Part shown: positions 56,566 through 64,000 of the stretch, piece by piece | How the letters are laid out: the number at the start of each line of letters is the position of its first letter | Position numbering within the stretch: position 1 is the first letter of the stretch | Assembly: GCA_951406725.2 (NCBI GenBank) | Contig: OX597827.1 | Coordinates: 62,124,001 to 62,188,000 of the forward strand | Reading direction: 5' to 3' | Source: Octopus vulgaris | Lineage: Eukaryota | Length of the DNA stretch: 64,000 nt | Translations under genes and position numbers: made by a program | The notes under the pieces: generated by a model | What the model saw: the letters and a program-made list of their open reading frames with translations, nothing else | The model's database searches: none | What the model was told of the DNA's origin: nothing

Positions 56566-56633
<68 letters not shown>

Positions 56634-56750
56634 CAACAAGAAAATGGAGGGGATCAATAGGTGGTTCATCAACTTTTAGACATTATATTATGTCAATTTA
56701 TTAATTTCTAAATTGACAATGACAAGAATATACATACATGTATATTATGC

Positions 56751-56803
<53 letters not shown>

Positions 56804-56867
56804 TTATATATGTATATATATGTATATGTATATATATATGTGCATATATATACATATGTATATGTAT

Positions 56868-56899
<32 letters not shown>

Positions 56900-58146
56900 G
56901 TATATATGTATATATGTATATATATATGTATATGGATGTATGTATAAATATATGCCGCCTTGAATGTATGTATGTATGTATGTATGCATGTATGTATGTA
57001 TGTATGTATGTATGTATGTATGTATGCATGTATGTATGTATGTATGTATGTATGTATACATATAACAAATCCAAATCCACGTTTGGAAAGCAAGCTTGCT
57101 ACTGCGAGCATTTACGTCCCGCTCTGAAAGATGATTGATTTGTGATGATAGAAGAGATCGGGGGAAATTCGCTATAGGCAACGTGAAATACTTCCTTTAA
57201 ACGCGTTCCAGGACGCGAAATTTTTTTCCCACGAAAGTTTCGGACCCCAGTAATGAACCCATTTGCATACAGCCAATCAGAACTCACCTTGAAAATCCAC
57301 ATACTGTGTATTACTACAGTACAGCCACTCAGGCATAGAATAGTGTATGCCACTCTGTGAGTACAGCATAGCAGGTCTCACATAAGCACCACATCTACCC
57401 TCATCATCCTCATAGATCAATTGAACACCATCTCTATATGTAACTATGCTCAGACTGAGATTAGTGATACTGCATGTATCCACTGATATATTCAAGGAGG
57501 GCACAACACGACACAACGCCATATTGATTACGATGTTACCAGATCAACACCAACATTTCAAATTAGGAATGTACAAAATCAGTCACAAAATTAGGAAACT
57601 ACACTCATTTACATTTTCTAGTAAATTACGCAAATTGGCAACACTTATGGCATCATTTGTGGACAGCTTTCCATTCACTTTATACACTAAATTTCACATA
57701 TGTCACCCCTATTAACCCGTTTAGAACAGTACATTTTGCTATAACGCACATTTTCGTCTGAACTCAACGAGAGAATTTTCGGGACTAGGTGGACACTAGT
57801 TTGATAGTTGAGCTCTGATTGGCTGTATTTTCTTTTCTTTTCACGCTGTAGAAACTGTACCATCAAATTATCGCATAAACAAGAAACGTCGGGGTAACGA
57901 GAAAATTTGCGTGCCCGATCAATCTGCTAAAAATAGCAGCCAAATCTCCCTCTCAAACTACATTCTACCGCTTTACAAAGAAAGAGCAGGTTGGACAAAG
58001 TAGTTCTCACAGTAGAGTGTTTAAATAATAATAAAATGAGCGCTAATGTTTCGTCATACGTGTTACACTCTCCACAATACTTTATATGAGTGAAAAGCTT
58101 TCAAATACCAAGCGCTGACGGGTAGATTGGGGACAAAAAGAAGTAG

Positions 58147-58316
58147 ACAGGAGTGGCTGTGTGGTAAGTTGCTTGCTTACCAGCCACATGGTTCCGGGTT
58201 CAGTCCCACTGCGTGGCACCTTCGGCAAGTCTCTTCTACTATAGCCTCGGGCCAACCAAAGCCTTGTGAGAGGATTTGGTAGACGGAAACTGAAAGAAGC
58301 CCGTCGTATATATATG

Positions 58317-58351
<35 letters not shown>

Positions 58352-58590
58352 TGTGTGTGTGTGTGTGTGTTTGTGTGTCTGAGTTTGTCCCCTCAACATC
58401 GCTTGACAACCGATGCTGGTGTGTTTACGTCCCCGTAACTTAGCGGTTCGGCAAAAAAGACCGATAAGTACTAGAATAAGTACTAGGCTTACAAAGAATA
58501 AGTCCTGGGGTCGATTTGCTCGACTAAAGGCGGTGCTCCAGCATGGCCGCAGTCAAATGACTGAAACAATTAAAAGAGAGTAAAAGAGAG
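58147..58590 (+). mobile_element. Near full-length SINE family B
   Basis: Direct match to 16378-16806. Confidence 0.93.
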
Positions 58591-58769
58591 CCTGGCTTTG
58601 TATGGTGTGACTGGTTGGAATTACTGGTGCAGCAAAGAGAAGGGTCATACATTCAATCATCGAAGATCCATAGAAGGAAGGCCACTAAATGGTTTTGGAT
58701 AAAGAAGGCAGACCAATGGATTGTACCTACTGGGATGCAAGTTGGGATTTTGTCACTCCTAGGTGGGTC

Positions 58770-60018
58770 AACCGGGAAAGGTTTGGAAGTCTGATGTTAA
58801 ACGACCCGAAATCCTTTAAGACCTTGTGAACATCACTGACGTCGCTTGCCAGAGAGTCTTTGAGATGTATCTCGGAACTACTCATTTGAAAACTATTTTC
58901 CTTTATACACGTTACCTCTCTAATTTTGCGATTCTAAGACCTGTTTCTCATTTTGCAGCGTGCAAGGTGTTTATAAACCATTTAAGAAACACACAAAAAC
59001 CGTTAGATTCACTTCACCATTTAAATTTAATTTGCTAAAATATTTTCCTAGCTTCCAGACCGCGACCTGTTCACTGACAAAATTCCGTGCTGCAAATTAA
59101 ATTTAAATGTTGAAGTGAATCTAACGGCTTTTGTGTGTTTGTTACATGGCTTATAAACACTTTCCACGCTGCAATTGTTTTCGTTCCAGCACACGATCTC
59201 AGATCAGGTCACTTGTTTCTTATTTTGATTTCACACAATCGTTGCTCGCTTAACAACTTTATTCTAAGCAATATGCTAATAGGTCAACAGAGCAAGAGGT
59301 GGGAGTCTAATTTCGAAAGACCCGAAATCCCTTAAGATCCCCGTGAACATCACGGACGACGCTTCTCAGAGTGTCTGTGAGGTGTATCTTTGAACAACTG
59401 CTTTGAAAACTATTTTTCTCTACACACGTTACTTCTCTAATTTTGCGATTCTAAAACCTATATTTTATTTTGTTTTCACACAATCGTTGCTCGCTTAACG
59501 ACTTTATTCTAAAACAATATGCTATTAGGTCAACAGAACAAGAGGTGGGAGTCTAATTTCGAAAGACCCGAAATCCCTTAAGACCCCCGTGAACATCACT
59601 GACGATGCTTCTCAGAGTGTCTGTGAGGTGTATCTCTGAATTACTGCTTTGTAAACTATTTTTCTCTACACACGTTACTTCTCTAATTTTGCGATTCTAA
59701 AACCTATATATTTCTTTTGTTTTCACACAATCGTTGCTCGCCTAACAACTTTATTCTAACCAATATGCTAATGGGCCAACAGAGCAAGAGGTGGGAGTCT
59801 AATTTCGATAGACCCGAAATCCCTTAAGACTCCCGTGAACATCACTGACGACGCTTCTCAGATTGTCTGTGAAGTGTATCCTTGAACAACTGCTTTGAAA
59901 ACTATTTTTCTCTACTCACGTTACTTCTCTAATTTTGCGATTCTAAAACCTATATTTTATTTTGTTTTCACAAATTCGTTGCCCGCCTAACAACTTTATT
60001 CTAAAACAATATGCTGAT
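58770..60018 (+). repeat. Tandem array of a ~246-bp unit (~4 copies)
   Basis: gacccgaaatcc at 58803, 59319, 59565, 59811; first unit lengthened by an insertion. Confidence 0.95.
58956..59213. mobile_element. Fold-back insertion in the first tandem unit
   Basis: ~85-bp inverted arms; flanking duplication tgtttct(c/t)attttg at 58942 and 59214. Confidence 0.82.
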
Positions 60019-60679
60019 GCAAACGTTGCACTGCTGAAGATAGTTCACTATTAGAATAATACGTTAGCCAAAATAGAGTGGCGTGATGCTAGAATTTATG
60101 TACGTCTACGTTATGTATAATTTTTGTTGACTACAAAATACTTTGAGGTTAAATACACTTTGGTATTCTGAATAGGTTCATGCTCGTATTTCATCAAAAA
60201 AATACTTAGTTCAGTAAATTAAAAACGATTTTTACAGCAATCTCAGATCATAAATAAAAACTAATTATATTTAATGTTCAAAGTGGTTATTAGTACGATT
60301 ACTTTGTTGGGGAAATTTTTTTCGGATGTTTTAAATTTCTCTTTTATTTATTTATTTATTATTTATTTATTATGGATAAATCGAGTTAATATATTAAATA
60401 ACATTTGGGTATAATTTATGATTGCAACAAATCTCTAGATTTTTAAAACCCACACATTGATAATCACAGGAGAATATTTCAAAAAATGAAAGAAAAAATA
60501 ATCCTCTTGCGATTTACACAGTTTCCGTTTGAGACGTAGTCATTGTAGCAAATAGTTGAGATGAAACGATTGTTCATTCAGTAGAAATGTGATCTCCGTT
60601 CATGTGTCTTGTCTACACGCATTGGCAATCGGGAATCTCCATGCCATGGTTCGTAGATTATTATTTTTTTTCGTTTTCT

Positions 60680-61050
60680 CGTCTTTTACTTATTTCATTA
60701 GACTACAGTGATACTAGGGGCACCGCCTTGAAGATTTTAGTCGAAGAAATCAACCCCTGTACTTATTGTTTTTAAAGCCTAATACTTATTCTATCGATCT
60801 CTGTTGCCGAACTGCTAATTTACGGAACGTAAACACACCAACACCGGTTGTCAGGCGGTAAGTGATGGAAGACAAACGCACACACACACACATCGACACA
60901 CATAACAGGCTTCTTTCAGTTTCCGCCTACCAAATCCACTCACAAGGCTTTGGTCGGCTCCAGGCTGTAAAAGTAGACACTTACCCAGTGTGTCACGCAG
61001 TGGCACTGAACCCAAAACCATGTGATTGGGAAGAGATCCTCTCATCACAC
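60680..61050 (-). mobile_element. SINE family B, diverged
   Basis: Reverse-complement match. Confidence 0.85.
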
Positions 61051-62094
61051 CGCCTGGAAGGATACAGCCATGGTTTCTCCTTCCCTTCGCCGTTTTATCT
61101 ACAGTTCATTTATGTTAGTATCCTGTCCTCCTAAGCTTGCCTTTGAAGCTCTTCCTATCTAATTAACTCTTAAGCAGGAAGACTACTTCACGTGGACACC
61201 AGAGCATGTCCATACAGCGTTGAGTCTGTATGACAGCGGTCAAGAGGCACTACTCTACTTAATCCGCTACAACTGATAGACAGAAATTAATATCAGTTTA
61301 TGGGGATCGAAGACGTGACTGTATTTCACGGTATTGCAAATGAAATTAACATGGGATCTAAAACTGTTCAACGAACTGACGAAGAAAGTTACGACGAAAC
61401 ACTGCGATTAATTTAACTGAAGAATATTTCCATAGAAACTCTTAACACCTCTTTATTGATCCTAACTCTGACTAAAAGCAAGATTTCCCATCGACTTAAT
61501 GTCTGTACTACAAACTCAGTATCTTGTTTTCTAGAATCTTGATCAGAAGATATCAGATTTTAACACCTTTGAAGAACCAATCTAACAAAGAAATACTAAA
61601 TCCCAATTTTTTTTTTTTTTAGGAAGTAGATATTTGGTGAACAATAAATTCTGAAATCGTATCCAAGAAAATCACCACACTGTCAACAAGTCTATGTGTT
61701 TCTTCATAAACATTTACCTCTTTTCAAATATTCGGTCTTGTTGTTATTACTTTCTCTATCGGTTGGTTTTTTTAATGAATGAATGATCGATCTCTGTTCT
61801 GTGAAGACTGAAAACTTGATACAAATCGACTATGGGAGAAGAAAGATCCAATGACTTCTACCGTCTTAAATAGTCTTCAAAACAACCAGAAAATGTAAGT
61901 CATTATCAAAGAGAATATTTTTCGCAGATTTGATTGCTCGAATTGTCTAAAGATTGGTAAGGTTTTTACAGACCAGTGATGCTTTTGTAAAGCATAGTAA
62001 AGGTAAAAATCCCCGCTTCGGTCATGGATGAGAATGGGATTGGACCTAGAAAATTCCCTTCTCAAGTATAAGTCCGGGAAAATTTGTCTATAGA

Positions 62095-62345
62095 AGACCA
62101 GCAGACATCCACACATGCCATCACTCCCCTCTCTACGCCATCGATGTTATCCAAGGGAAAGGCAAAGGGCCGATACAGCTTGGCACTAATGATATCGCAA
62201 CTCATATCTACAGCTGAGTGAACTGGTGCAACGTGAAATAAAGTGTCTTGTTCAAGAACAAAACACACACCTCGGTCCGGAAATCGAACTCACTACCTCA
62301 TGGTTGTGAGCGCAACGCTCTAACCACTGAGCCATGCGCCTTCAC
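62095..62345 (-). mobile_element. SINE family C/D with another distinct tail
   Basis: ggcgcatggctcagtggttagagcg..gagttcgatttccgg..gttcttgaacaagacactt. Confidence 0.82.
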
Positions 62346-62729
62346 ATATACAGTGTATTTACATGCTAAATTATCGATAAAAATGCAAAACACGTTTTCC
62401 AAACATATGCAAATGACGGTTAATCTCGGTTAATTTTGAAGCTGGTTACCGGCACAGCGTGCTTACGGCTAGAAAGGCTTTAGTCATAGGGGAGACCTTA
62501 GAGGTCAATCAACACGAACAACTGTCATTACCACCGTTATTCAAGCCGGTGAGTAAACCGCTGTTGTGACGTGAGCCTGGCCACAATCATATCTTCGTGA
62601 AATCATACTACCCTACCGCTATTCGGAACGGCAAAAACAAGGCACACGTTGTACGATGTGGTCTTAGAGTTCCATAGACATCTGGGTGGTGGTGGGTGGA
62701 TTGGGAGTGGTGAAGGTCGTGGCTGGAAT

Positions 62730-63137
62730 AAGGCGGCGAGCTGTCAGAAACGTTAGCACGCCGGGCGAAATGCTGAGCGGTATTTCGTCTGTCTTTACGT
62801 TCTGAGTTTAAATTCCGCCGAGGTCAACTTTGCCTTTCATCCTTTCGTAAGTAACAGTTACGCACTGGGGTCGATGTAATCGACTTAATCCGTTTGTCTG
62901 TCCTTGTTTGTCCTCTCTGTGTTTAGCTCCTTGTGGGTAGTAAAGAAATAGGTATTTCGTCTGCCGCTACATTCTGAGTTCAAATTCCGCCGAGGTTGTC
63001 TTTACCTTTCATCCTTTCGGGGTCGATTAAATAAGTACCAGTTACGCACTGGGGTCGATATAATCGACTTAATCCATATGTCTGTTCTTGTTTGTCCCCT
63101 CTATGTTTAGCCCTTTGTGGGCAATGAAGAAATAAGA
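62730..63137 (+). mobile_element. SINE family A tandem dimer
   Basis: Second unit restarts ggtatttcgtctg at 62951; aaggtcgtggctgg duplicated on both sides (~62713, ~63137). Confidence 0.92.
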
Positions 63138-63195
63138 AGGTCGTGGCTGGGATATTTTTCGTTATCATGTGTCTGCTCAAACATGATTGACCCCA

Positions 63196-63308
63196 GCACC
63201 ACCACCAGAACCACCACCACCAGAACCACCACTACCAGAACCACCACCACCACCACCACCACCACCACCACCACCACCACCACCACCACCACCACCACAA
63301 CCACCACT

Positions 63309-63376
<68 letters not shown>

Positions 63377-63756
63377 CACCGCCGCAAATCACCCCTCCTT
63401 CGCTGACCTAAGCACAACCACTACTATTGCTAAATCTACTGACCACACGAAGTCTAATAACCTTCCCTCCCCAACTTCCCCCGACTTTACGTTTTAATTC
63501 TCTACAAACAAGGAATGCCATGGTCAATACTAAATCCACCATCACTCATCCACTATTACCACCACCATCACCACCACCATCACCACCACCACCAGGAACA
63601 ACAACACCAACACCACCAGAGCGTTCATCATCACTTTCAACATCAATAGGCACTTTACCTACCACCATCACTTCCACCACCACCACCACCAGCACCAGCA
63701 CCAGCACCAGCACCACCAGCACCACCAGCACCACCAGCACCACCAGCACCACCACC

Positions 63757-63787
<31 letters not shown>

Positions 63788-63920
63788 GTAGCATCCCCCT
63801 CATTACTACGAGGAATATCATCATTTCCATCTGCATCACTACCACCACAATTTGCCATCGTACCATCAGCATCTTCATCACCACAGCCTCCTACACATGA
63901 TGATGACGATGATGATGATA

Positions 63921-63956
<36 letters not shown>

Positions 63957-64000
63957 GTGATGATGATGGTGATGATGATGGTGATGATGATGATGATGAT
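63196..64000. repeat. (ACC)n/(ACT)n/(GAT)n triplet arrays
   Basis: Direct. Confidence 0.95.

Noticed and set aside
58590-58800. Possible RTE remnant upstream of the tandem array
   Set aside because: Only faint LYG..W and GRP resemblance; too weak to call.
58770-60018. CRISPR-like repeat-spacer array (also ataagacgacc repeats at 11068-11127)
   Set aside because: Whole units repeat with no unique spacers, no cas genes, eukaryotic context; the short repeats are pogo subterminal motifs.
61929-61957. Micro-exon between ttttcgcag and gtaagg
   Set aside because: Would need a ~35-nt intron from the upstream donor; likely chance.
63117-63900. Mucin-like, proline-rich or glycine-rich ORFs (also 26711-27232)
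   Set aside because: ACC/ACT triplet arrays open in several frames; no non-repetitive domain.

Overview
Eukaryotic, AT-rich, extremely repeat-dense DNA with no complete gene recognisable. The tRNA-derived SINE families and microsatellite load resemble an octopus (coleoid cephalopod) genome; this is inferred from memory, not a database search. Most ORFs in the track are microsatellite artefacts. All convincing protein homology belongs to decayed transposons: Tx1/L1, RTE, CR1 and R4/Dong LINEs, a Gypsy pol, pogo, mariner and maT/Tc1 transposons, Helitron/Helentron non-autonomous elements and Penelope-like (PLE) remnants. There is also a solitary 5S rRNA-like copy, a 246-bp tandem array, a ~950-bp (TA)n tract and a possible pair of small spliced exons at 21.6-21.8 kb. 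Best leads: (1) several fold-back elements carrying minimal hammerhead-ribozyme motifs; (2) a Tx1 LINE found three times in (TATC)n arrays whose 3' tail is shared with the dominant SINE; (3) a recurrent SINE-into-SINE junction at one fixed position; (4) strong strand bias of (TATC)n arrays. Repeat boundaries are approximate unless a TSD or TIR is quoted.
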